The translations under genes and the position numbers were made by a program. A stretch of 64,000 nt of DNA from a virus. Within the stretch, counting starts at the first letter, position 1. Each line of letters begins with the position of its first letter. The notes beneath the pieces were generated by a model that worked only from the letters and a program-made list of their open reading frames with translations, was not told the DNA's origin and made no database searches. This document shows positions 10,998 to 19,242 of the stretch, piece after piece. The stretch lies in the IMG/VR virus record IMGVR_UViG_3300027782_000038, one strand, 5' to 3'.

Positions 10998-11192
10998 ATG
11001 TTGATTTGGGTAAAAGAGTCAAGGTCGGGTAATCAAATTGCAATTAACACTAAAAATGTTATTGCAGTTTTTGAGGTTATGGATGAGAATGAATCAAAAG
11101 GTAAAACAGCTTTATCATTAAGCAATGGTACTGTTGTTGTTGAGGATTCTCTATTAGAAGTTGTTGCACGAATTAATGTCGGAGAACAATAA
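10998..11192 (+). CDS. Small hypothetical protein (FlbD-like pattern, resembles 21973-22197)
   Basis: IAINTKNVIAV...VEDSLLEVV. Confidence 0.5.
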   Translation: MLIWVKESRSGNQIAINTKNVIAVFEVMDENESKGKTALSLSNGTVVVEDSLLEVVARINVGEQ

Positions 11193-11464
11193 TGGCCGTA
11201 CAGACACTATTCGGTAATTTTACCGATGAACAATTAAAGAACCTCAAAGGTGCAATTGATGAAATGATTGTTGTCATGCACAAGCAGGATGCTTTGAAAC
11301 TTGAAATGAAAGATATCACAGATGCAACTTATGATCTGTTAAAAATCCCTAAGAAAATTCTGCGTAAGATGGCAAGAGTACAATACAAACAATCTTTCCA
11401 AGAAGAAGTTGCTGAATCTAAGGAGTTTGAAGCCTTGTTTGAGGGAATCACGGAGGTTAAATGA
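11192..11464 (+). CDS. Putative dsDNA-binding protein (T4 DsbA-like)
   Basis: Coiled helix plus KILRKMARV; size and position. Confidence 0.5.
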   Translation: MAVQTLFGNFTDEQLKNLKGAIDEMIVVMHKQDALKLEMKDITDATYDLLKIPKKILRKMARVQYKQSFQEEVAESKEFEALFEGITEVK

Positions 11465-11682
11465 GAACTGAACAGGAACAACAAGACTTTGAACAAAAAC
11501 AAAAAGATATTGCCAAAGTACATTCAGATTTAGTTTCAAGAATCGGTACACCAAAAAATTCTGAAGAACAACAATTAATTGATGACTCAGAAAAAAATAT
11601 GAAATCGGCAATGGAGAAACTTGTTTTTGAATATATTGGTCCTGAATTTGTTAAGTTGATGCAGGAAAAAGATAGTAGTTAG
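11461..11682 (+). CDS. Hypothetical protein
   Basis: GGAGG RBS, coupled ORF. Confidence 0.6.
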   Translation: MRTEQEQQDFEQKQKDIAKVHSDLVSRIGTPKNSEEQQLIDDSEKNMKSAMEKLVFEYIGPEFVKLMQEKDSS

Positions 11683-11713
11683 TAAATTATATTTTATATT
11701 ATGGGAGTAGTGA

Positions 11714-12646
11714 ATGAGTCATTTGTTATGGGTGGAGAAGTACCGTCCACATAAAATTGAAGATTGTATTTTACCTGATGCTCTCAAGGCAACTTTTCAA
11801 GAGTATGTAAACCGAAAAGAGATTCCAAACCTTCTTCTTTCTGGTTCTGCTGGTGTAGGTAAAACTACAGTAGCCAAAGCTTTATGTGATGAAATTGGTT
11901 GTGATTATATCGTCATCAACGGTTCAGATGAATCTGGTATTGATGTATTTCGCAACAAGATTAAGAGTTATGCCTCAGCAATGAGTTTCTCTGGTGGTCG
12001 TAAGGTCATTATTATAGATGAAGCGGACTATCTAAATCCAAATTCAACGCAACCTGCGCTGCGTGGTGCAATCGAGGAGGTTGCAGGTAACTGTTCATTC
12101 ATCTTTACTTGTAATTATAAGAATCGTATCATTGATCCAATTCACTCACGTTGTTCTGTGATTGATTTCAAACTGAATGGTTCTAAAGCCAAGATGGCTG
12201 CACAATTCTTTAAACGTGTGGAATGGATTCTTGAACAAGAAAAGGTTCAATACGACAAAGAAGTTGTTGCCGCAGTTATCACAAAACACTTTCCTGATAA
12301 TCGTAGAATTCTAAATGAACTTCAACGGTATTCTGTATCTGGTGTTATTGATAAAGGTATCTTATCTTCAGTTTCAGATGTTCAACTTGGTGAACTGGTT
12401 AAATCTTTACAAAATAAAGATTTTGGAACTACTCGTAAATGGGTAACTTCAAATTTGGATAATGATCCATCCAAGATTTTTCGTAAATTTTATGATGGCC
12501 TTTATGATTTATTGAAACCAAATTCAGTTCCACAGTTGGTTCTGATTCTTGCTAAGTACCAGTATCAGGCAGCATTCGTAGCAGACCACGAAATCAATAT
12601 GATTGCCTGTTTAACAGAAATCATGATTGATTGTGAGTTTAAGTGA
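11714..12646 (+). CDS. gp44: Clamp loader ATPase gp44
   Basis: WVEKYRP, GSAGVGKTT, DEAD, SRC. Confidence 0.96.
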   Translation: MSHLLWVEKYRPHKIEDCILPDALKATFQEYVNRKEIPNLLLSGSAGVGKTTVAKALCDEIGCDYIVINGSDESGIDVFRNKIKSYASAMSFSGGRKVIIIDEADYLNPNSTQPALRGAIEEVAGNCSFIFTCNYKNRIIDPIHSRCSVIDFKLNGSKAKMAAQFFKRVEWILEQEKVQYDKEVVAAVITKHFPDNRRILNELQRYSVSGVIDKGILSSVSDVQLGELVKSLQNKDFGTTRKWVTSNLDNDPSKIFRKFYDGLYDLLKPNSVPQLVLILAKYQYQAAFVADHEINMIACLTEIMIDCEFK

Positions 12647-13035
12647 TGCCTGACTTATTCAAAGAAATTGTACCATCAATTCTACAAACCAAAAAGAATG
12701 TAATCCGTGATGAAATAGACTTGAAAGATTACAAGGCCTTTATGGTCAACCGAGCCTTGTCTTATCATCTAGATTGTATTTTATACGCCAATGAAATGAA
12801 CGTGCATAACCAACTTGATCCGGATATGCAATATTCTTATCTTCTAAATACTATCAGACCAATGAAACGGAAATTTCAACCGTGGCAAAAGGCTGAAGTA
12901 AATAAAGATTTAGAGTGTGTAAAACAGTATTTTGGTTATTCAAATGAAAAAGCTAAAGATGTTTTGCGGATTCTAAATGATGAACAAATCGCTGAAATAA
13001 AAGCAAAAACAAATAAAGGCGGAGTGATCAAGTAA
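12646..13035 (+). CDS. gp62: Clamp loader small subunit gp62
   Basis: FMVNRALS, YFGYSNEKA; follows gp44. Confidence 0.92.
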   Translation: MPDLFKEIVPSILQTKKNVIRDEIDLKDYKAFMVNRALSYHLDCILYANEMNVHNQLDPDMQYSYLLNTIRPMKRKFQPWQKAEVNKDLECVKQYFGYSNEKAKDVLRILNDEQIAEIKAKTNKGGVIK

Positions 13036-13442
13036 TGATTTCAATCTTAGATTTGATTGAAGTTACATTAAACGAAAAAGATGATTTTCTAAAGGTGAGA
13101 GAAACTTTAACTCGTATCGGTGTGGCTTCCAAGAAAGACAAAACACTATACCAATCTTGTCATATTTTACATAAACAAGGTAAGTATTATATTGTACATT
13201 TCAAAGAACTATTTGCTTTGGATGGTAAACCAACTGATATTACCGAAAACGACCTTTCTCGTAGGAATGCCATAGCTAAACTATTGCAGGATTGGGGACT
13301 GGTAAGTATTGTTAATGTGGAAGAATCTGAAGTCCCGGCACCGATATTTTTGTCCCAGGTGAAAATAATTTCTCATAAAGAGAAAGAAGATTGGAATTTA
13401 GTTCCAAAATATAGTATTGGTAAAAAATCCTATATAGCTTGA
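13035..13442 (+). CDS. regA: Translational repressor RegA
   Basis: DDFLKVRETLTRIG, LYQSCHILHKQG, VHFKELF. Confidence 0.96.
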   Translation: MISILDLIEVTLNEKDDFLKVRETLTRIGVASKKDKTLYQSCHILHKQGKYYIVHFKELFALDGKPTDITENDLSRRNAIAKLLQDWGLVSIVNVEESEVPAPIFLSQVKIISHKEKEDWNLVPKYSIGKKSYIA

Positions 13443-13472
13443 CCTGAGTTCCTGAATGTGTTATAAATAGAA

Positions 13473-13506
13473 CTGTAGATGCCTTCGGGGTCTACAGTTT
13501 TTTTTT
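13473..13506 (+). terminator. UUCG-capped hairpin with T tract just after late promoter TATAAATA (13462-13469)
   Basis: CTGTAGA..CC-TTCG-GG..TCTACAG followed by T run. Confidence 0.65.
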
Positions 13507-13534
13507 GACAACTCGCTTAATTTAAGGGGAACTT

Positions 13535-13978
13535 ATGACAAGTTACGACAAACGATTTCCATCTCTGGAAAGCTTCCACAAATCTTTAGATCCTTTCACC
13601 ATTGGTTTTGGTGATACCATTGAAACTTTCCGTCAGGCAGCTGAAGCTGCACAGAAAGCATCAGGATACCCTCCATACAATATCAAAAAAGTTAAAGACA
13701 ACAAATATGTCATAGAAATGGCAGTTGCTGGCTTTGGGAAATCAGATATTGAAATTACCACGGAAGGTAAGAAACTGGTAATCAAAGGTTCTGCAAAAGA
13801 TGAGGAAGGAGAATACCTACACAAAGGTATTGCTAACCGTGGATTTAACCGTGAGTTTACACTTGCTGACAAGGTAGAAATTAAAGATGCCGAATTAGCA
13901 AATGGTATGCTTAAAGTATGGTTGGAAAACATGGTGAAGGCTCAAGAGGTCGTTAGGATGATTACCATTAGAGACTAA
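13535..13978 (+). CDS. Small heat shock protein Hsp20/IbpA-like
   Basis: YPPYNI, AVAGF, YLHKGIANRGF, NGML. Confidence 0.94.
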   Translation: MTSYDKRFPSLESFHKSLDPFTIGFGDTIETFRQAAEAAQKASGYPPYNIKKVKDNKYVIEMAVAGFGKSDIEITTEGKKLVIKGSAKDEEGEYLHKGIANRGFNREFTLADKVEIKDAELANGMLKVWLENMVKAQEVVRMITIRD

Positions 13979-13992
13979 TTGGTAATAATGAG

Positions 13993-14055
13993 TGTTGTTT
14001 TTTAGCAACACTCATCAAAAAATCTATTGACAGGACCTATTATCTATAGTATAAT
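13993..14055 (+). promoter_or_regulatory. Palindrome TGTTG-N8-CAACA plus sigma70 promoter
   Basis: Palindrome 13993-14010; TTGACA(14027)-N17-TATAAT. Confidence 0.75.
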
Positions 14056-14081
14056 AGAGTCTATACTAGTGGAATTATATT

Positions 14082-14759
14082 ATGAAACAAATGAAATCTA
14101 AACAATCCATCTCCCAAATTATTAACGTCTTTAATCAAGATGTTTATTATACTTGTCCTGATTGGCCTTCAAAAGAAATTGAAGGTGTGGAATTTATCGC
14201 CGTCAAAATGAAGTTGAAAGATCCATTTACAAGATGGATGCGGAAAGATTCTTTTAAAAAGGTGAAACAATGAGTAAACTTGACGAAGCAGTACGACAAC
14301 GTAGGTACTTTGATGTTAGTAGTGCATTAGATATTAAATTAGTTAAAAGTTTTTTGATTAAATCTGCTTGGGGAAATACTGGTTGTCCATTTCTTTTAGA
14401 AGAACCTTTTACAAATATTCCAGATATGATTCGTTATAAAATTACCAATGTTTTTTTAGGAATTGAAAATGACAAAGAAACTGTACCTAGTTGAAACTAT
14501 TTCCATGTTTCGTCAACGTTATGTTGTGGAAGCCAAAGAAGAAATGGATGCACTAGATGAAGTTGTAGTGAATGCTAGTTCATATAAAGATGGTTGGCAG
14601 GAGTTTTCACAAAAACATCTAGATGAAGTTATTACATCTTCCCGTGAAATTTCAAAAGAACAGTATTTGGAACTTTACGATAAAGACAATGATTATGTAA
14701 CGGCTTGGTCTGATGATATGAAATTTCGTTATATAAACAAAATTGACTATAAAGATTAA
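14082..14759 (+). CDS. Three small hypothetical ORFs (14082-14273, 14270-14494, about 14469-14759)
   Basis: Overlapping coupled ORFs after an early promoter. Confidence 0.6.
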
Positions 14760-14760
14760 T

Positions 14761-14835
14761 CTGGCGTTCGTATAGTGGACAATACAGTAGGCTTCTACCC
14801 TTCTAACGGGAGTTCGATTCTCTCACGCCGGACCA
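14761..14835 (+). tRNA. tRNA-Arg(TCT)
   Basis: Cloverleaf, loop CTTCTAC, TTCGA, CCA. Confidence 0.88.
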
Positions 14836-14845
14836 AAGGATTATT

Positions 14846-15265
14846 ATGTTAGAATGTTTGATTTTAGGTGATAGTATTGCAGTTGGTACTAAAATGTTTA
14901 TGCCACAATGCGAATTACAAGGCAAAGGTGGAATTAACACATGGCAGTTTAATAAGATGTATCCAGGTAGTTTTTATGCAGATACAGTTATTATTAGTCT
15001 TGGTTCAAACGATCACAAATATGTTAAAAGCTATGATGAACTGTTTGAAATTCGCCAACGTGTCGGTGCTAAAAATGTATTTTGGATTTTACCGCATGGT
15101 AATCTTAAAGCACCACAAAACTTACCAGTTGATGAGATTCAAAAAATTGTACGTAATATAGCCGAATACTATGGTGATACGGTGTTACCTATTCGAGGTA
15201 TTAGTACCGACAATATTCATCCTACGGGTAGTGGTTATAAAGATATTGTAACACGGGTTAAATAA
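14846..15265 (+). CDS. SGNH/GDSL hydrolase-like protein
   Basis: ILGDSIA, LGSND, DNIHP. Confidence 0.8.
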   Translation: MLECLILGDSIAVGTKMFMPQCELQGKGGINTWQFNKMYPGSFYADTVIISLGSNDHKYVKSYDELFEIRQRVGAKNVFWILPHGNLKAPQNLPVDEIQKIVRNIAEYYGDTVLPIRGISTDNIHPTGSGYKDIVTRVK

Positions 15266-15319
15266 TTATGTATAATTAAAAAGAAAGAGATAGAAGATAT
15301 TATAAAAGGTTGTTTTAGT

Positions 15320-15398
15320 GGGCCTATAGCTCAGTCTGGTTAGCAGCAATCGTCTCATAAACGATAGGTCATGGGTTCAAATCCCGTTGGGCCCACCA
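15320..15398 (+). tRNA. tRNA-CAT (probably Ile2, possibly Met)
   Basis: GGGCCTA acceptor, loop CTCATAA, CCA. Confidence 0.88.
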
Positions 15399-15434
15399 AA
15401 ACATCTTTTTAACTAACGCAGTAAAATGATTTTT

Positions 15435-15517
15435 GGGGGTATGGTGAAATTGGTAGACACACTTGGTTTAAGCCCAAACGCTTCGGCATGAGAGTTCGAA
15501 TCTCTCTACCCCCACCA
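15435..15517 (+). tRNA. tRNA-Leu(TAA)
   Basis: Loop TTTAAGC, variable arm, CCA. Confidence 0.9.
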
Positions 15518-15529
15518 AAAGGATATATT

Positions 15530-15958
15530 ATGAAACAAAAATTTATTGATGCGTACATGGATACAGCAAAAAGATTTGCTCAATTATCCACAGCCAGACG
15601 TTTAAAAGTTGGTGCTATCATTGTAAAAGATGATCGTATCATTTCCATTGGATATAATGGAACACCTCCTGGTTGGCATAATGATTGTGAGTATTGGGTT
15701 GAAGATGGTGATTTGGGTTCCGGTTGGAAAACTAGACCAGAAGTAATTCATGCGGAGGCCAATGCCATCGCTAAACTCGCTAAGAGTTCTGAGTCTGGAG
15801 ATGGTTCCACAATGTTCCTGACCCATTCTCCTTGTATGGATTGTGCTAAACAGATATTTACGGCAGGAATTAAGAAAGTTTATTTCGGTAATAATTACCG
15901 TTCTGATGATGGTATCAATTTCTTAAAGAAGTGTAATGTTGATGTTGAAAAGGTTTAA
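15530..15958 (+). CDS. cd: dCMP deaminase
   Basis: HAEANA, PCMDC; true start MKQKF after the tRNA. Confidence 0.93.
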   Translation: MKQKFIDAYMDTAKRFAQLSTARRLKVGAIIVKDDRIISIGYNGTPPGWHNDCEYWVEDGDLGSGWKTRPEVIHAEANAIAKLAKSSESGDGSTMFLTHSPCMDCAKQIFTAGIKKVYFGNNYRSDDGINFLKKCNVDVEKV

Positions 15959-16032
15959 AGATAAATACGTTTGTGTGACGATAACTTGGATATGAAATTA
16001 TTAGGTCAACTTTCTAAAGAGGAGAAAACCTG

Positions 16033-16557
16033 ATGCAATTAAGTATAGTTGGTTGTCCTGATAAAAAACTATTCAGACCATACGTCAAACGTGCAATTTT
16101 ATTTTATGCTGAAGAATTGTTTAGTAAGAAAATGTCAGAAAACGTATTTCTACAAGTTAAATTTAATGCTGAATTAGATGTTTATGGTTACGCTTCCGTT
16201 GAAGATTGTAATAGTAGTGGTAAACCAAGAGAATTTTTAGTAGAAATAAATTCAGAAATTGGTGCACCTGATATTTTAAAAACAATTGCACATGAAATGG
16301 TTCATGTTAAACAATTCCTTTATGGTGAAACCAACGAAACATTAACTCGTTGGAAAGGCATGAAGATATCAAGTGATACTAATTACTATTGTCAACCTTG
16401 GGAAATAGAAGCTCATGGAATGGAAGTTAGTTTGTTCTCAAGGTTTGCAATCAAGGAGAAACTTTGGGACGTATTTGAAGGTGTAAATAATCCGGACGGT
16501 CCGGTAAAACAAACGGATATTGGTTGGAAAGAATCATTTTTGAATAGTACGTTGTAA
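16033..16557 (+). CDS. Zinc metallopeptidase-like protein
   Basis: AHEMVH and PWEIEA. Confidence 0.7.
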   Translation: MQLSIVGCPDKKLFRPYVKRAILFYAEELFSKKMSENVFLQVKFNAELDVYGYASVEDCNSSGKPREFLVEINSEIGAPDILKTIAHEMVHVKQFLYGETNETLTRWKGMKISSDTNYYCQPWEIEAHGMEVSLFSRFAIKEKLWDVFEGVNNPDGPVKQTDIGWKESFLNSTL

Positions 16558-16592
16558 AAATACAACAAGTTTGGTATATATTAAGAAAAATC

Positions 16593-16621
16593 TTGCCTAT
16601 ATACATATATAAGAGTATAAT
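16593..16621 (+). promoter_or_regulatory. sigma70 promoter driving the leader peptide
   Basis: TTGCCT-N17-TATAAT; palindrome copy at 16550-16567. Confidence 0.7.
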
Positions 16622-16657
16622 TGTTATATTGAATGAATTAAAACAAAAGGAAATATC

Positions 16658-16756
16658 GTGTTATCAATACAGAAACCATCCATGCATACAGAGTATCGCA
16701 CACCGAGCAATTGGTCAGCGATTGGCTTTGATTGCGTCCGTGGGGTTTGTGTATAG
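16658..16756 (+). CDS. Candidate attenuator leader peptide, 32 aa, contains all 20 amino acids
   Basis: AAGGA RBS, GTG start, MLSIQKPSMHTEYRTPSNWSAIGFDCVRGVCV*; absent from ORF track. Confidence 0.75.
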   Translation: MLSIQKPSMHTEYRTPSNWSAIGFDCVRGVCV

Positions 16757-16821
16757 TTAGAAAGTAGTTTCCTCTAAATTTACAAACCCCAAGACCTAAA
16801 AAATCTTGGGGTTTTTCTTTT
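16741..16821 (+). terminator. Antiterminator/terminator switch
   Basis: Terminator AAACCCCAAGA(16784-94)/TCTTGGGGTTT(16804-14) plus T tract; competing TGGGGTTTGT(16741-50) pairs ACAAACCCCA(16782-91). Confidence 0.8.
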
Positions 16822-16823
16822 CC

Positions 16824-16885
16824 TGTTGTACAAAAACAACACTTTAGAAAATAGTTGTTGACATAGTGTGTGGAACCTGTATAAT
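16824..16885 (+). promoter_or_regulatory. Palindrome plus sigma70 promoter upstream of the tRNA array
   Basis: TGTTGTACAAAAACAACA; TTGACA(16858)-N16-TATAAT. Confidence 0.7.
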
Positions 16886-16937
16886 AGAGTCTGTTGTGTA
16901 ACAAAACGTTCTTTAAAAATTAGAGTAGTACATATGT

Positions 16938-17013
16938 TGGGGTATCGCCTAGAGGCCTAAGGCATCGGTCTTTGAAATCGAGATCACTGGTTCGAATCCA
17001 GTTACCCCTGCCA
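16938..17013 (+). tRNA. tRNA-Gln(TTG)
   Basis: Loop CTTTGAA, CCA. Confidence 0.9.
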
Positions 17014-17121
17014 TATTGAAGTACATTCAAGGCGTAGCGCACGCTGATATAGTGGACATAGCTAAGCTCTGAACAGGCATTGTTGGCAGGTTCGATTCCT
17101 GCGGAGTGTATTTCAATATGG
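17011..17121 (+). ncRNA. Structured RNA with a T-arm inside a long closing stem
   Basis: CCATATTGAAGTACATTC / GAGTGTATTTCAATATGG enclosing GCAGG-TTCGATT-CCTGC. Confidence 0.5.
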
Positions 17122-17213
17122 TAAGTAAGAATAGACGAAAAGTCACCGGTGAGACTAGATGCTTTGGCAACAGAGCTAGGTTTATTCTTGTCGATCTTGG
17201 CCAATCGACACCA
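17120..17213 (+). ncRNA. Multi-hairpin RNA ending in ACCA
   Basis: AAGAATAGAC/GTTTATTCTT stem, GCTTTG-GCAA-CAGAGC hairpin, TGTCGAT..ATCGACA-CCA. Confidence 0.45.
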
Positions 17214-17235
17214 TATTAATATGGTATTAACAAAT

Positions 17236-17323
17236 GGGTAGGTGGTAGAGTGGTCTATTGCTCCAGTCTTGAAAACTGGCGACTGGAAACGGTCCGTGGG
17301 TTCGAATCCCACCCTGCCCTCCA
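17236..17323 (+). tRNA. tRNA-Ser(TGA)
   Basis: Loop CTTGAAA, long variable arm, CCA. Confidence 0.9.
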
Positions 17324-17374
17324 TTATTGAAAACCAAAATGTACTAAATAAAGTCATACATTTTGGAGATAAAA

Positions 17375-17818
17375 ATGCAAAAAAGATCATCAGCTAGAGA
17401 TTTAGCTATACAGGAAAATAAAAAAACTTATTTAGCTAAACCTTGTAAATCATGCGGTACAAGTGAAAAATATGTAAGTAGTTATAGTTGTGTGAAATGC
17501 AATATTGAAAAGAATTCACATAAATTATTTAATAGTGATTTGATGGAAAAATACAGATCAAAATCAATATTAAATGCAAAAACATATAGGTATCGTTCTA
17601 GAAAAAGAAACCAGATGCCTGATGATGCAGATAAAGAAAAGATATTGGAGTTTTATAAAGAAGCAGAACGATTAACTGAAGAAACAGGAATCTTGTATAG
17701 TGTGGATCATATAATACCTTTATCGAAAGGAGGTCTACACCATCATGATAATTTACAAGTTATCACATTAAGTGAAAATAGTAGAAAGGGGAATAAATTA
17801 TGCCAGCCGTTTTCTTAA
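17375..17818 (+). mobile_element. HNH homing endonuclease
   Basis: CxxC pairs, VDHIIPLSKGGLHHHDNLQ; late promoter-like ACTAAATA at 17343. Confidence 0.88.
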
Positions 17819-18396
17819 CATCAGATAGCCACTTCGGCCACGCCGGTGTTTGTCGTTTTACACACCAAGATACAGGTGTAAAAATTAGACCATGGACAGA
17901 TCCAGATGAAATGGATGAAGCGATGGTCAAACTCTGGAACGAAAAAGTAGGTAAGAATGATAAAGTATATCACCTTGGTGACGTAGTAATTAACCGTAAA
18001 GCTCTTGGTATTATGCGTAGACTTAACGGTGATAAAGTTCTTATTCGTGGTAACCATGATATTTTTCGTGATGATGAATACCGCCAACATTTCAGAGAGC
18101 TTCGTGCTTATCATGTAATGAACGGAATGATTCTTTCACATATTCCACTTCATCCAGATAGTGTAGGTAGATTTGGTACTAACATTCATGGACACCTTCA
18201 TACGAACCGTGTTATGAAGGCGAAAGGAATTAATTATCCGACTGGAGAAATTATCTACAGCGAAACGGAGATTGATCCACGTTATCATTGTGTTTGTGTT
18301 GAACAAACAGATTTTACACCAATTCTTTTTGAAGATGTAATTAAGAGAATTGAAGCACAAGGTGGCAAGGTAGGTTTTCAGAACGGAAATGGGTAG
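17800..18396 (+). CDS. Calcineurin-like metallophosphoesterase
   Basis: DSHFGH, LGD, GNHD, HGHLH. Confidence 0.9.
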   Translation: MPAVFLTSDSHFGHAGVCRFTHQDTGVKIRPWTDPDEMDEAMVKLWNEKVGKNDKVYHLGDVVINRKALGIMRRLNGDKVLIRGNHDIFRDDEYRQHFRELRAYHVMNGMILSHIPLHPDSVGRFGTNIHGHLHTNRVMKAKGINYPTGEIIYSETEIDPRYHCVCVEQTDFTPILFEDVIKRIEAQGGKVGFQNGNG

Positions 18397-18478
18397 TTGG
18401 CCGAGCGGTTAAGGCAAGGGATTGCTAATCCCTCATTGGGAAACCGATGGATAGGTTCGATTCCTATACTACCCGCCA
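18391..18478 (+). tRNA. tRNA-Ser(GCT)
   Basis: Loop TTGCTAA, long variable arm, CCA; overlaps upstream stop codon. Confidence 0.9.
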
Positions 18479-18486
18479 TTTTTAAT

Positions 18487-18564
18487 AGTGCGATGGCTGA
18501 GTGGTCAAAAGCAACGGATTGCAAATCCGTAAAATCGTCAGTTCAAATCTGACTCGCACTTCCA
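18487..18564 (+). tRNA. tRNA-Cys(GCA)
   Basis: Loop TTGCAAA, U73, CCA. Confidence 0.9.
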
Positions 18565-18626
18565 TGTTGTAAGAAAACAACAGATTGTAAAATACTTGTT
18601 GACATATTGTGTGGTTCATGTATAAT
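18565..18626 (+). promoter_or_regulatory. Palindrome plus internal sigma70 promoter
   Basis: TGTTGTAAGAAAACAACA; TTGACA(18599)-N16-TATAAT. Confidence 0.7.
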
Positions 18627-18646
18627 AGAGTCTATTGTTTAGTAAT

Positions 18647-18721
18647 GCACCGTTAGACTTCTGGTGAGGTCACCACCCTTTCAAGGTGGCTAGATGGGAT
18701 CGTAACCCATACGGTGTACCA
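18647..18721 (+). tRNA. tRNA-Glu(TTC)
   Basis: Loop CTTTCAA, atypical T loop, CCA. Confidence 0.85.
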
Positions 18722-18728
18722 GTTTAAT

Positions 18729-18804
18729 GCAGGCATAACTCAACTGGTAGAGTAATCGGCTTTTAACCGATAAGTTGTGAGTTCAAGTCTCACTGCCTGT
18801 ACCA
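18729..18804 (+). tRNA. tRNA-Lys(TTT)
   Basis: Loop CTTTTAA, CCA. Confidence 0.9.
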
Positions 18805-18818
18805 AAGAATTTTTTGGT

Positions 18819-18892
18819 GTGACTATGTTGTAACGGTAGCAACGCAGTTTGTGATTCTGCTAGTCTGGGTTCAACTCCCAGTAGTCACCCCA
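18819..18892 (+). tRNA. tRNA-His(GTG)
   Basis: Loop TTGTGAT, C73, CCA. Confidence 0.87.
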
Positions 18893-18904
18893 AAAAGTTT
18901 TAAT

Positions 18905-18979
18905 GGCTCGTTAGTATAATGGTTATTACAGAGGATTGTCTATCCTCCTATGGGAGTTCGATTCTCCCACGGGTCGCCA
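18905..18979 (+). tRNA. tRNA-Asp(GTC)
   Basis: Loop TTGTCTA, G73, CCA. Confidence 0.88.
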
Positions 18980-18983
18980 AGTT

Positions 18984-19078
18984 TTGCACCTGGCGTAATG
19001 GTAGCGTTACAGGTTAGTATCGAAAGGTATGCCCGAGAGGCGATGCGGGAGGTGCAGGTTCGAATCCTGCGGTGCAAA
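18984..19078 (+). ncRNA. tRNA-like RNA without a canonical anticodon arm
   Basis: TTGCACC/GGTGCAA acceptor, D-loop-like TAATGGTAG, perfect T arm, two small internal hairpins, no CCA. Confidence 0.55.
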
Positions 19079-19088
19079 AAAAGTTTAT

Positions 19089-19172
19089 GCGTTGGATGCT
19101 CTAATGGTAGGGCAGCGGGCTGTAACCCCGTGGTTTTAGGACAAGTAGGTTCGATCCCTACCCAACGCACCA
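19089..19172 (+). tRNA. tRNA-Tyr(GTA)
   Basis: Loop CTGTAAC, variable arm, CCA. Confidence 0.88.
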
Positions 19173-19242
19173 AGTTTTATTTGGAGAACACTTTAATTGT
19201 ATAAATTGTTCAATTTATAAATACTCCAAAAAGGAGTGTGAT

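Noticed and set aside
14761-14835. Amber suppressor tRNA (CTA in the loop) or stop-codon recoding
   Set aside because: The 7-nt loop CTTCTAC centres on TCT (Arg); core genes are intact in the standard code and TAG is used as a stop.
16638-17390. Minus-strand ORFs 16638-16904 and 16920-17390
   Set aside because: Shadows of the attenuator and tRNA genes; no protein-like motifs.
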